Assembly (NCBI GenBank): GCA_010015805.1
Contig: ML978127.1
Coordinates: 1,736,001-1,800,000 of the forward strand
From: Rhizodiscina lignyota
Taxonomy: Eukaryota
Length of the DNA: 64,000 nt
Direction: 5' to 3'
Below the pieces are notes generated by a model. It saw only the letters and a program-made list of their open reading frames with translations. It had not been told where the DNA came from and did not search any database. Positions 24,596 to 35,926 of the stretch are shown piece after piece (the stretch's first letter is position 1; the number at the start of each line of letters is the position of its first letter). A program made the position numbers and the translations under genes.

Positions 24596-25721
24596 CATGA
24601 ATCAATCATCAATTTAACATCGTTTCCGTTCGGCAGCTGTATGAAGTAGCTAGCATAGACACAGCGAGGACTGCTTAATCGCACTTGGTGTAGATAAGTC
24701 TGATAAGCACATAATTGACCCTTTACTTTAGTGAGTGTGTCAAAAGGCTCTGCCTTTGTCGTATTATTGCATCAGTCACTCGTACATAAGAAACGAGGCT
24801 CTTGACGCGAGTTGGCAGGTCGACTGGGACATGCCGGGGACATGAGTTAATGTTAAGCGGTAATAAAATTGCATATGACTGGATTCTACGCTGTGGGGGA
24901 GCATGAATTTAGGGGCGGTGAGATGCGCTGATACACTGTTCATCAGAATTGAGCTTGACTTTGCCCGCATGTTCTGTTCTCGCTTCAGTGGACTCCGTGC
25001 AACGCCGAACATGGCTTCAGCTTCTCGCAGCTTGACAGGGAAATATACTTTCTGAAGGGTTGGTAATACTCTTTACCAAATGTACCTATGGCATAAATTA
25101 CTCTATCAATGCAACTACAATGAAAATGAGCGAGACGTTACCATCGGCACACGCAGAGAAGAAACAGATTCTATGTTCTCTCACACATGGGAAGATCCGT
25201 GTAATGTGAAACTGTAGAAAATGATACTGAGGGGTCTGCGAGGGATGTCACTATTGAATGTCCGCAAGTTCGGCAACTGTGGAATGTACTATTTCGTGTA
25301 TCTTCAGAGTGTGTGCACCCATGCTACTTGGAAATAGCTGAATCCCAGCTTCCATGGGTCTGAATATGACCGTTTCAAATCGACAAAGTGAGAACTCCGC
25401 GGAAGAATGTATTATCATGCAATCCGTTGACAGGAAGTCATATGAGCGGAGGCCATTTCCCCACCAACTGAGAGATGTGTATCCTGAAACGCCATCGTTA
25501 ATGTATTATTTGAAGGGAGTGAAGATATATTACGTAGGTTTTCCCTTGGATGATGTTGAAAGCCGGCTCCGAGTACGCAAGTTCGACTAGTGCTGCAGTG
25601 ATCCTCGAGACAATGGAGAAGTGGCGGTGCTTTACGTCCTCACTCAAAATGGGAATGTTTGGCTCGACGTTTGGAGCTTGAGTGAAAGACTTCGCCTTCG
25701 GCCCAGCTCCTACGTGGAAGC

Positions 25722-26786
25722 TCATTCGAGATTGCAGCCCATTTTTATGGAACGATAGATATTTATAAGCCCTCCATGCGGACAATGACGAAGAAAGCTG
25801 TGAAGGTATTGAGCAAACTCAATCGACGGACCTGGCGGCATTTCCCCTTGACCAAAGCCATCATCTCGCTTCATGACGTGGGGAAACAGTTTGAAAACCC
25901 GCGTATGGGTGTCATGCCATTCTGAGGCTGCCGCATGGAGCTTATGGTAATGCTCTGACCTACAATACTCGAGGAGGCTAGTCACAAACTGGATTAGGGC
26001 CTCGCGCGCTACTGCTAGGCTCTGCAGGTTGGTGTGAGAGGTTGTGACTGTTGTGAGTGTGCTCCAGTAAGCATCCGTTTCTACAGCTCTCAAAAAAGCT
26101 TTGTTAAAATCCGACGATAAGTGGTAACTGACGCCAAGTCTCTGAACGAGAGTGCGAGCCCGTGGGGAGAGGAGGTCGTGAAACATATCAAGCTGGCCAC
26201 CGTTACCAATGATCTCGAAGGCACACCTGTCGTAAAGAAACGGCAACGCTTCCTCATAGACTTGTCGGCATGTTCGCAATAAGGCCGTATATCTTCCATT
26301 ATTCGGCGGCCACGCGGAGTACCGCAACGTCTCAGAGTGCTCAGCAACAAGCCGACGTTCGGGTTGAGGCATAGCGCAGGCATCAAGGGTGACTCCTCTC
26401 ATGATGTAGTATTCGCATAGATTCTCATCGTTATCCCAATCCCAATCACAGCTGTGAACCCTAAGCTTGAAGTATTCCGCGTAGATTTGGTTGCGGAGCT
26501 CACCGGAGAGATCCAGGAAGGAGATGCGGCGAGAGTCGAGCATTTCAACACCCACCGAAGAAGAAGTATTTGACTGTTGCGCTGACAAGGTTCCTAGGTC
26601 TTCCGAATGTTGTTGAGAAGCTTGATAGGAATCGATGGAGCTGCCTGCCGCCATGAGATCTTGAGCTGCCGGCCTTGAAGACTCCGAAGGCCACAGGGGT
26701 AATTCGGAGCGTACTCTCGCGTAACGCAGACGCGGAAAGTTGTCAGATGACGCTGGGGGAAAGTCAGGCGTCATGTCGTCTTCCAT
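25722..26786 (-). CDS. Hypothetical protein with F-box-like motif
   Basis: SFLDLSGELRNQIY and ALLRTCRQVYEEALPFLY, typical of the widespread Pezizomycotina F-box-like proteins. Confidence 0.75.
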   Translation of the reverse strand: MEDDMTPDFPPASSDNFPRLRYARVRSELPLWPSESSRPAAQDLMAAGSSIDSYQASQQHSEDLGTLSAQQSNTSSSVGVEMLDSRRISFLDLSGELRNQIYAEYFKLRVHSCDWDWDNDENLCEYYIMRGVTLDACAMPQPERRLVAEHSETLRYSAWPPNNGRYTALLRTCRQVYEEALPFLYDRCAFEIIGNGGQLDMFHDLLSPRARTLVQRLGVSYHLSSDFNKAFLRAVETDAYWSTLTTVTTSHTNLQSLAVAREALIQFVTSLLEYCRSEHYHKLHAAASEWHDTHTRVFKLFPHVMKRDDGFGQGEMPPGPSIEFAQYLHSFLRHCPHGGLINIYRSIKMGCNLE

Positions 26787-26889
26787 TGTGAGTTTGGACG
26801 GCGAGGTTCGTAACCCGACGCGGGAAGAAAGATTTTGAGCACTTGTTGTTTGTGGTGAATTGGAGATTTCAAGGTTCGAGGTTTAAGAG

Positions 26890-26965
26890 TTTAAGCTTAA
26901 ATTGTGGCGTCGACGCCACACCCGCTAAACATCATAGTTAGGGTTAGGGTTGTCGACCCCTATCC
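26890..26965. promoter_or_regulatory. Palindrome cluster plus telomere-type repeat in divergent promoter
   Basis: TTTAAGCTTAAA (26890-26901), TGTGGCGTCGACGCCACA (26903-26920), GTTAGGGTTAGGGTT (26937-26951). Confidence 0.55.
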
Positions 26966-27300
26966 TTGCCCTTTAAATTATTGATCCCCTCTCCCCTCTT
27001 TGCCCCCTTGCTCCAGATCGTCAAACTCCAGGCGGAGAATGGCCATCGACTACAGGCACAATGCAGCCGGAAAACTATTGCGGCAACACTGCGGAGACTG
27101 GTGCGCTTGGTTCCTGTCAATCAAATGGCTGGAATTACCATCCATGACGTGGAGAAAGCTTGATTCCATGACGTTCACAACGGCAATTGCTCCGTTGCTT
27201 GATGGTTGGATATTGGTTAAGTATAGCGGTGTCCTCGAGTTTCCCAACAATTTCCTGGAGTCTTCTCTTGATCTCCTTTCGTCAGAATCCGAAAGGCACA

Positions 27301-28619
27301 ATGTCGCGTTTCTTAGCAGTTGCTTTAGCCGCGCTTCTCCAATTATGCACCAGCCAGAGTCTTACAACTGACCCTGGAGTTTACGGACCAGAGCTCGAAA
27401 TTGCGCATCTATACTACGATGAATGGCCTACTGGAATAGCCGTCTCTTCAACTGGTCGCATGTTCTCCAATTATCCGCCTGGTCTCGATGCCGCCAACCT
27501 CAACGACGGTAAGAATGGCAAGTACACTGTCGCAGAACTCGTCTCAAACACAACCGAACGTCCATATCCGTCTGCCGAGTGGAATAATCCTCCTGGTGGA
27601 AGCATCAATTATACCACCAACCCGCCATCTGGAGCTAATTATCCTAATTATCTTATTGGTGTGCAGTCCGTAGTCGTCGATCCGGCAGATAGGCTCTGGA
27701 TCCTCGACACTGGGCGTGCACTGCTCCCAGACTCGTCTGCGCTAGTTCCATCCTCTCCTGGAGGGCCAAAGCTCATCGGCGTCGACCTGCACGACAACAA
27801 GATTTTCAAGACCATTCTGTTTCCGCCGACGGTCGCATACGCGGACTCATATCTCAACGACATCCGCTTCGACTTGCGCTCTTCCCTGACCTCTTCCGGG
27901 AAAGGCATTGGATACATCACTGACAGCAGCACGGAAGGCCGGAACGGTCTCATCGTCGTGGACCTTGGCTCCGGCGAATCCTGGCGCTATCTCGACACTA
28001 ATCCGACTGTGCGACCCGAAGGCCAGTTCCTCGCATTCTTGTGGGGAACATCATTGTACTCTCTGCCCAGTCCGAATGCCTCGCTCGCGCATATCAACTT
28101 CGGCTCCGACGGAATCGCGCTGGGTGCGGACGGCGAGGACTTGTATTGGGGCGCTGTGGGATCACGGTACATGTACTCGATCCCGACAAGCGCGTTGAGA
28201 GCGCATGGCGGGCCAACCGATGAGATTATGGCTCAATCTGCTGTGCGGAATCGCGGCCAGAAAGGTGTGAGCGATGGCTTCGAGACCGATAGCAATGGCC
28301 GCATCTACGTCGGGAACTTTGAGCAAAACGCGGTTAATTTCTACGACCCCAAGAATGGGACGGTGGAGACATTTGTTCGAGACCCAAGACTCAATTGGAT
28401 CGATACGAGTAGGTCCCCTTTTGTATTGTGAACCGATTAGATTTTTGCTGACGATTGTGTCCAGTGTCCGTTGCGACAGACGGGTATCTGTACTTCACTA
28501 ATAATCAACTAGCTTTTAGTGCGGCATACTGGCCGGGAACGGATCGTAGGAAGAAGCCTTACACGCTGTTCAGAGCGAAGCTACCTGAAGGCGGAACAAA
28601 AGTAACTCAATCATCTTAG
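27301..28619 (+). CDS. Secreted major royal jelly / yellow family beta-propeller protein; intron 28409-28464
   Basis: Signal peptide; WPTGIAVS, VQSVVVDPADRLWILDTG, YLNDIRFD, SDGFETDSNG, DPRLNWIDT motifs. Confidence 0.92.
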
Positions 28620-29256
28620 TTCCGACGAGAAGCTCATGAGGCGGCTGTACATATTCAGTTTGATCAGTCAAGGGAACGAGGAGAGAGCTGATGAACGATG
28701 GGTGTAATGTGTCTCAGAGTAATACCATTTCAGAATTCCGCTGTATGAAACTAATAATCCCAAGTCAATAGTATAACCGCCCAAACAGCAATCTTGTGAA
28801 ACCAAGCAGCCATTTCAACAAGCCATTCAGAACAGCCATGTGCAGAGAACACTTCTCCCACGGTCGCTGTGCGCAAAGCCAACTCTATCCGCAAGGAGAG
28901 TCGAAGCCAAGCGCTCAAGAGGCTGTGAAAGAGTAACATGCTCTACAAGTGTGAACACTACCCCGCTCGAAGTCTAAAAGATTCTTGACAGCGAAGCCAA
29001 CTCAACCCGAGAGGAGTCAAAGCTTCAAGCCCAAAGAGAATCTATCGATCGACGAGGAGGCAAGGGCAAGAACCGTACGTGAAAGGAAGTCGCAATTGAA
29101 AGCGGAACAGAAATCAAACAAGACCCCAATCCCAAACGCCATGCTGAATGCCCAACAGAACCCAAAACAACCAACAGTCAATACCAATGCTTTCAAACGT
29201 AAAAGGTGAGCTCATCGAGATCCACGCACGGCAACTCCCTAGCGCATCTCTAGTTT

Positions 29257-32200
29257 TCAATATCTTCCAAACCTCCCACTGCGTCCGCTCTCCGAGTCAC
29301 TGATTCCCTCCCACGGCAACTCTTCCTCGCTGTCGCTCTCATTCTCTCTATTCCGTGCGCCCTCAGCCTCACTGCTCTCCTCATGAAAACTCTGCACCAC
29401 AACTCTCTTTCCACTCCTTGCCCTCTCCTTCGCCTCTTTCGGCTCCACACCAACACTCATGAGCGTCTCTTCGACCTCGCGTGTCACTTCCTCACCACCT
29501 TTCCCATCATCCTGGTTTTCACTGCGCAACTGCCCCGCCTCCTTCTGCCCCTCAAGCACATCCATGAGCGCATAGATCTGCACACTCCTCTTCCCAATCT
29601 CCTCGTTCAGATCATTTATGCGTTTCTGAACTCTCTCCCTCTTTCGGCGTCCCAGGCCCGGATCCATCTTCTCCAGCGCTCGTGTGGCGGCGAGGAGTTC
29701 GAGTTTCGCATGTGCGACTTCGTCTTGCATCTCCTTGAGCACGAGGGCCAATGCATCCACGGGAGATTGCGCCGGCCGCATTGTGGCGTCTGGATCTGTC
29801 TGAGGGCCATCTGTGACTGGCACTGGAGTAGGGATAGTTGGCTCAGCTGGAGTGGGGTGGCCAGCGGGGATAGAAGAGGAGGCGGCACGGTGGCATATGG
29901 TGCAGTTCGCTGCGTCATGGGGAGCAATCTCATTGAGGAGATCTTGAGCAGCAGCGGAGAGCGTTGGACGTCCGTCTGCGTCTAGGATGGCTGGGGGGAC
30001 GCGCATCGTGATATCGGGTAAAATAAAAGCAGATGTCATTTCCGTAGGTCCGCTGCGACGATGCCTTTGGATATGGCTGAGCGCTGAGCGTGAGGTATGA
30101 TGCGTGGAATCTGCGACTTCATTCGCATCTTTCGCACTGGTAAATGTGACATTGCCAGTGATGTCCTTCAGGGAAGATTTGCGCGGAAGAGGATTCGATG
30201 CTGATGTAGTTGAGCGCACAGTCTCGTTTTGCTTCTCAGCGTTCTGCATGGCAAGCCTGGCGGCTCTGCGGTTTGCGATGTGCTCTTCTTCGAGTCTCTT
30301 TCTGATATTGGCAATCTCTTTGGGATCCATCCAGCTCAATAGAGTCTGGTCAAGAGGTGGCGGCTCGAGAATCGATGGGACAGCCAGTGCTCCGCTGCCA
30401 TTTGCGCCATGCATGTATGCCGAACGAGTGCCAGGTGGAGAGAGATCAAGATCCGTCGTGGATTCGTTGTCATTAAGCTCGGTATCTTTTGTATGATTCG
30501 CAGAGAGGAGGGGAGCAGAAGAACGACGCTCATGGTTCGAAAATGTGGTCGTATCGCCTCTTGATTTGTTCTTTGAACCTGAACGGAGGCGCTGGTTGTT
30601 TTGATGTGCACCATCCAGATTTCCGCTCGTTACGCGAGACTTGCGAGGGCGCTCTTCCTGAGTATCAGCAGCTGAAAATATGGTTTTCGTTCGAGACTTG
30701 GACGGGTTAGATCTTGGAGCGAAGGGTTGTGTATCCTTCGTAGGACCTTGCATTTCCGGCTGTGTCGGTCCTATGTTCTGCTCGTCGTTGGGAGATCTTT
30801 TCTCAAGTCTCTCTAATTTTGCACGGAGGCGGGCTTCCTTTCGTGACCATCTCAGTGATTCTTCCTCGTGCCTTGCCATGAGCTCCGCAAGCTGTTCGTG
30901 CAGCTGTGTCTCTTCGTCCGTGCCGATTCCAGAGTCTTTCCTGCTCAGGTTCTTGCTGCGTGCCAACTGCCCCTTCAGTTGCTCATTCTCACGTCTGAGG
31001 GTATCACTAGCCTGACCGAAAGACAGGACTTGAATTTGGCGGGTAGTCTCGTCGAGCTTCTGGATGCGATCCTTCATTTCCGTTTCTCTATTATTCCATC
31101 TGCGCAATTCCTCTTCGCGGTTACTCTTCGCCTCAGCTAATTGAGTCTTGAGCTCGGTATTCTCGGATTGCAATTTCGCATGCTCAGATTGAGCCTTCTT
31201 CTCCGCCCTACGGCGAACTTCGACTTCGCGGAGTTGAATTTGCTGCGTCTCTTCCATGTACTGAGTGCGAATGTTCGTCAATTGGTCCTTCAGATGTTGG
31301 TTCTCTGTGACAATAGCACGTTCAGACTTGCCAGCATTGCGACGAAGCTCGTCATTCTCCTGCATGAGGGCTTCATTTTCTGCGCGTACGGCATCGACTT
31401 CGCCACGGAGAGTCTCATTCTCTTTCTGCAATGCCTCCTTCTCGCCTTTGAGCTCTTCTGTATTATAAAAGGCGACGCCAAGCTGTGTGACCAAACCATC
31501 ACGCTCCTCGGTGATCCGCTTCGTTGCGATTTCGCTAACCGAGATTTTGCGCTCCGCACGGTCGAGTCGATTTTGCAGAGACTGGACGGTTGCTTCGAGT
31601 TTGGCCTTTTCGACTTGTAGATTCTTCTGTGCCTTCCCCTCATCGCCAGACGACCCAAGCGCGCTGTCGCTGCGTCGATGCTTCTCCTGGGCTTCCAACT
31701 CAGCCTTGAGCTCTATAATCTCATTCTCGTATTCCTCAACGCGACGATCAGAGTCTGCTTTATCCTGCTCCAGCTGCGCAATCTTCTCTTTCAACAACTG
31801 AAGAGATGCGAAGATAGCTTTCTCATCTTCTGGAACAGGAACATTCTCGACTGGGAGGTGGTGAGGCGCAGTATCGTTCTGCAGGTGAGAACTCGAAGGG
31901 CGCAGGAAGCGAGAGCGAGGTCTGGAGGTGCGCGAGAAGACTGGTGTGCCATCTTTGTAGACTCCTGACATTAGTTCGGTGAGATTGGGTAGGTCTGGAA
32001 GCATGAATGACTGTTGGGTAGCGCCAGGCGCTGAGCGAGGTGTGCTGATGCGCGAGCGCTGAGGCGTTGCTGAGGCGACTTGTGTTTGACCTATGGCTTG
32101 TTTATTGGGTGTGGTGGAAGCTGTAGCAGGTCTATGACGAGATTGAACGGTACCAAATCGCGTGTTTCTGGCCGTTAAAGTGACTGTCTGCGGACGCTGT

Positions 32201-32913
32201 TCGCCCAAGAATGATTCTTCATCCTCAGCAGAGACCTTGGCGTGCAGATCCGTCAGCCGCGTTCGTCGCCTTTCGAGGCCGTTGGTCTTGCTGGGTGAGG
32301 ATTTGTTGGATCGCGGTGCATTGTAGGAGTCTGTCTGGAGAAGTGTCGATGCGCGTCGAATCTGCGCGTCTTTCCGTAGAGTTGCTCGCTCCTGCCCGTC
32401 GACTTTCCGTGCGGTTGCACGCTCTATGGGCGGCGTTGCTGTGACCTCGTAGAGACTGTCATTGTTTATGCTGAGGTACGCTTGAGGTGACATGTCGGAG
32501 TGTGTGAGTCTGCTCGGAGTGTTTTTCGTGCTCCGCTTGGGGCCTCGACCAAGCTCAATAGACATGCTACTGTCGTCGGATGTCGCGTCTCTATCGAACC
32601 CAGAAAACGGTTCGCGTTTCACCGCGGATGTGTTGATGCGTGATTGAGGCTCTGGAGGATTGTAGTAGCGGAATTTCTGAGCTGTAGAGCGGAGGGCAGG
32701 ATATGGGAGCGAGGTCTCGTCCAAGTGACGCGTCGATTCGAGTATCTCTTGCGAGTTGAGACCAAAGCTTGAGGCGGTGGCATGCTCATTGCTGAGATTG
32801 ATTGAAGGAGGTCGTCCAATTGAACTCTGTAATTGTTCAAGGTCGTGGTTGAGGTCTCTTATTGACTGCTTGTTGGATCGGCCATGCGACGAACTGGATG
32901 AAGAGGTTGACAT
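29257..32913 (-). CDS. ppc89: Spindle pole body protein of the Ppc89/Cep57 family
   Basis: SFMLPDLPNLTEL, EDEKAIFASLQLLKEKIAQLE coiled-coil start, TSAFILPDIT, HDAANCTIC, and the C-terminal TMRPAQSPVDALALVLKEMQDEVAH microtubule-binding-like region. Confidence 0.8.
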   Translation of the reverse strand: MSTSSSSSSHGRSNKQSIRDLNHDLEQLQSSIGRPPSINLSNEHATASSFGLNSQEILESTRHLDETSLPYPALRSTAQKFRYYNPPEPQSRINTSAVKREPFSGFDRDATSDDSSMSIELGRGPKRSTKNTPSRLTHSDMSPQAYLSINNDSLYEVTATPPIERATARKVDGQERATLRKDAQIRRASTLLQTDSYNAPRSNKSSPSKTNGLERRRTRLTDLHAKVSAEDEESFLGEQRPQTVTLTARNTRFGTVQSRHRPATASTTPNKQAIGQTQVASATPQRSRISTPRSAPGATQQSFMLPDLPNLTELMSGVYKDGTPVFSRTSRPRSRFLRPSSSHLQNDTAPHHLPVENVPVPEDEKAIFASLQLLKEKIAQLEQDKADSDRRVEEYENEIIELKAELEAQEKHRRSDSALGSSGDEGKAQKNLQVEKAKLEATVQSLQNRLDRAERKISVSEIATKRITEERDGLVTQLGVAFYNTEELKGEKEALQKENETLRGEVDAVRAENEALMQENDELRRNAGKSERAIVTENQHLKDQLTNIRTQYMEETQQIQLREVEVRRRAEKKAQSEHAKLQSENTELKTQLAEAKSNREEELRRWNNRETEMKDRIQKLDETTRQIQVLSFGQASDTLRRENEQLKGQLARSKNLSRKDSGIGTDEETQLHEQLAELMARHEEESLRWSRKEARLRAKLERLEKRSPNDEQNIGPTQPEMQGPTKDTQPFAPRSNPSKSRTKTIFSAADTQEERPRKSRVTSGNLDGAHQNNQRLRSGSKNKSRGDTTTFSNHERRSSAPLLSANHTKDTELNDNESTTDLDLSPPGTRSAYMHGANGSGALAVPSILEPPPLDQTLLSWMDPKEIANIRKRLEEEHIANRRAARLAMQNAEKQNETVRSTTSASNPLPRKSSLKDITGNVTFTSAKDANEVADSTHHTSRSALSHIQRHRRSGPTEMTSAFILPDITMRVPPAILDADGRPTLSAAAQDLLNEIAPHDAANCTICHRAASSSIPAGHPTPAEPTIPTPVPVTDGPQTDPDATMRPAQSPVDALALVLKEMQDEVAHAKLELLAATRALEKMDPGLGRRKRERVQKRINDLNEEIGKRSVQIYALMDVLEGQKEAGQLRSENQDDGKGGEEVTREVEETLMSVGVEPKEAKERARSGKRVVVQSFHEESSEAEGARNRENESDSEEELPWEGISDSESGRSGRFGRY

Positions 32914-32980
32914 GCTGAGCTAGAGCGCGGAGGCGAGATGCTGCAGCGAAACGATGCTGTCTCTAGGAATTTAAAAGTCC

Positions 32981-33194
32981 ACGCGTCCTTCTTGCACGTC
33001 AGCAAATCCAAAATGAAGTGCAATTGAAGGTCGCGTTGAGCGTGCAAGAGTTGGGGAAGGGAAGACGGGCGTCGAGCTCGCGATTGTTTGTTGTTTGGGT
33101 TTCACGCTTTTGGGACTAGCGCAGTCAGGGGTGCGTTTACCGAATTTTAGCCCTCTCTCCAGTTGGGCGACGAAACGTTTTCACTTCTACGCGT
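32981..33194. promoter_or_regulatory. MCB-like boxes upstream of the PPC89-like gene
   Basis: ACGCGT at 32981-32986 and 33189-33194. Confidence 0.4.
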
Positions 33195-34130
33195 CAGAAT
33201 TCGATTGAGCCGAACAGCTCGTGCGATTGCCGGTTGACTGCCTTTAACCTGAAGCAGACATTGGTTGTACTGGCAGTTTGGACGTGGGAAATCCATCTCC
33301 TGTCGAAAGGTAACCCATTACATCCATCCCATCCGAGGGCACGCCTCTTCTGCTCCAAGTACACGTATCCATTGGTTGTACAAGCCAGCCAAACTCGGGG
33401 CATCACTCCTCTATCGAAATGCGATCTATTCTCTAGCATTGATTAAATTCAGCGGGTCGCGTCTTCTGCTCCGGAGGAGATATTTGTATCGATCGTTTGG
33501 ATTTGCGAAGGCCTCTTCCGGTGAAAAGCTGAGCACGCTCCAGTAGTAGATTCTGTGAGTGATTCCAGTTTCCAGATTACGAAGATAATTCAGAAAACGA
33601 TGTCATTGCACATTATGGGTCTACCAAGGATCCACGGAGAACTCTAAGCCGAGAGAAAGAGAGAAAATTCAAATACGAAAACAATACTACATGAACAACA
33701 TTCCGAACTCCATAACTCCAAGAAGCAGCTCTTTTTTTAATCCTTTCTCAATTTCCATGTTCACCTTTTCCCTTTGGCCACCTCGAGTTCCATTGAGACT
33801 TCCGAAAGCAAACCCAATCTTGTGCTCGCACCTCTGAATGTCTCTTAGATAGTTGTCTGATCAGGCCATGAAACTATCAACGCTTCATCTTCTCAAATGC
33901 CATATTCCCTTCCTCCGATTTCTTCTCCCCGTATTTATCCTCGTTAGCAGCCATGGTAAAGGCGATCTGATTAACCAGATCATTTTTAGCGGAAATGACG
34001 GCAAGGATAATTGCGTTTGTCTTTGATGTAATCTTTCACAAGACTTTGACAGATCTAAGGATCGCGGCTCAAGTTATGGGTCATGCCAGGAAGGTCATGA
34101 ACGTCCTGCCGGCCGTGACTGTTGGCAGTA

Positions 34131-34963
34131 CTACAGCAGTCCACTAGGAAGAAGGATGCCAAAGGGCTTCTTGCTCCCTACGCCTTTCCCGCTTTGCAGG
34201 ATTCGAATGACTAGACTCGTCAGCACTCCATTCACCACCAGCGTCTCCGACTTACCGTCTTTGAATTTGATATCCTGCGCATGAGCGTCCTTCCCGATAT
34301 CCCAGACAATACCGACCCACGCCGCGACCAGCAAATTCAGCATCTTCTCATCCAGCTCCACCAGCAGCTCCAGACGCGGCGTCGACGTCGGCTGCGCATC
34401 GTCGCTGTCGTCGAAAGTCGGCCTCGTCTCGACCGCGACGGCGTTCCCTTTCATATCCCGCCACTCCAGCGTCGGGCCATTCTTGAGCAGCTTCTCGTAG
34501 CGCACCCACCTCCGTCCATATCCATCGCTTACCCTCCACCGTCTTCCAAGGCAGCCGAGCGCAGTGGGCTTGCCGAGGCAGATGCGCAGGTCTTGAATGC
34601 ATATGACGGTCCAACCTGGCCTACCAACTCGTAAACTGGCGTGGTAATCGCTGCCGGGAGATACGAAGGCTTCTTCACGTCGTAGAGGTGGCGCTTTCGT
34701 CTTTTGATGGCTTGGTTTTTCGTGCCTGGCTTTGGCGTCGTGTAAACAACCTGCTGGACTCCGAGGATCTTGTCCTTGCCGGTGAGCGGCTCCTGCGTGA
34801 GCTCGTACAGAGCATTGGAGGAAGGCGTCTGATGGTAAACTGAATTTCCGTGTATGATCAGATTGAGCTTCTCCCCGGCCGGTAGATGAGTTCTGAGGTC
34901 GGCATTGGCGCTGTCCTCGTAAGTTGGAGGTTTTTGATCGTTTGCAGTCTGGTCAGTGGACAT
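34131..34963 (-). pseudogene. Hypothetical-protein gene with apparent -1 frameshift (pseudogene or sequence error); 3' intron 34211-34255
   Basis: The N-terminal frame (MSTDQ..PPTYE..YAFK) stops at 34529. The C-terminal frame (..RYEKLLKNGPTLEWRD..LLVAAWVGIVW) is offset by one base and open across the overlap. Confidence 0.55.
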
Positions 34964-35369
34964 TGTGAAAACGAATTATCGCATTTCAGGCCACAAAGGC
35001 CTTGTAGCCGGCATAAATACTTTAGGTACCATCACAGCCACGAACGTTGTACGAATTGGGAAATTGGATAACTTCAGATATTTTCTTACTACGGGCTGTG
35101 TCTCAGCCAGCTTCTCAAGAGGCCCCCATCGTCGATCTTCAATTCGCATCATCCCACCTATTTTGTACTTTGACAGCATGCCAGTCATAGCCTGCGCATC
35201 TTGCTGGCTTTGCCACGGAATCTCCGCAAACACTCCTAATTCCTACTTTGATTTCACCAGCTTTAGCTGCTGACACGTGTGAATGCCTACGCACTTCTGT
35301 GCCTGTGCCATGCAAAGTCATGCAAAGTGTGAGCTGGATTTTAGTTGAGCGTCTTCTACGGTTGCAGCA

Positions 35370-35856
35370 CTATCTGCCAAGCTTCGATATGACTATCTTC
35401 GGAGTCTATTTGCAATTAGGACTTTGAGTTCACTTAAGTTTCAACTATCCAATCGAATGTCTACGTGTTCCTGTGTTCATGCTATGTAAAGTATGCCTGT
35501 GCTTGTTATCGACGCTGTATTATTTTTAGCACAGCCTGTCAAGCTTCGATATAGTTACTATCGGGGGTCTAGTTGCAATTTTGGCTCTAATTTGGTCAGC
35601 TTCAAGTATCTATCTACTCGCATGTCTGTGTCCGAATCCACCAAAGGAAGCCTGTCTACATTCGAATCACTCACTTACATTTTCTCCAAGTGGCTTCCAG
35701 TATTTCCTTGAGCCCGTGGGGTACGTAGTCTGTCTAAGTCCGTCGTTGATCGTCACCTATCGTTTCAGTACGATCTGCTAAGCTTCAATTTGGTTATTAT
35801 TCAGAGTGTGTTTGCAAGTTTGACTTCATTTCGGCAGCTTTGATCATCTATCTGCT
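35370..35856 (+). repeat. Three degenerate ~85-bp direct repeats in intergenic DNA
   Basis: Each copy reads ctg..AAGCTTC.AT...TA.T.T...g.GT.T..TTGCAA.T...; AAGCTT anchors at 35379, 35541 and 35780. Confidence 0.7.
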
Positions 35857-35926
35857 GGCTATCTACCTCACCTGCCCGCCAACGAACGCACGTCTGCATG
35901 TAAAATGCGAAATCTCCATCCTACAT

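Noticed and set aside
35370..35856. Repeat-spacer pattern as a CRISPR-like array
   Set aside because: Eukaryotic context; repeats are long and degenerate, spacing is irregular, and there are no cas genes.
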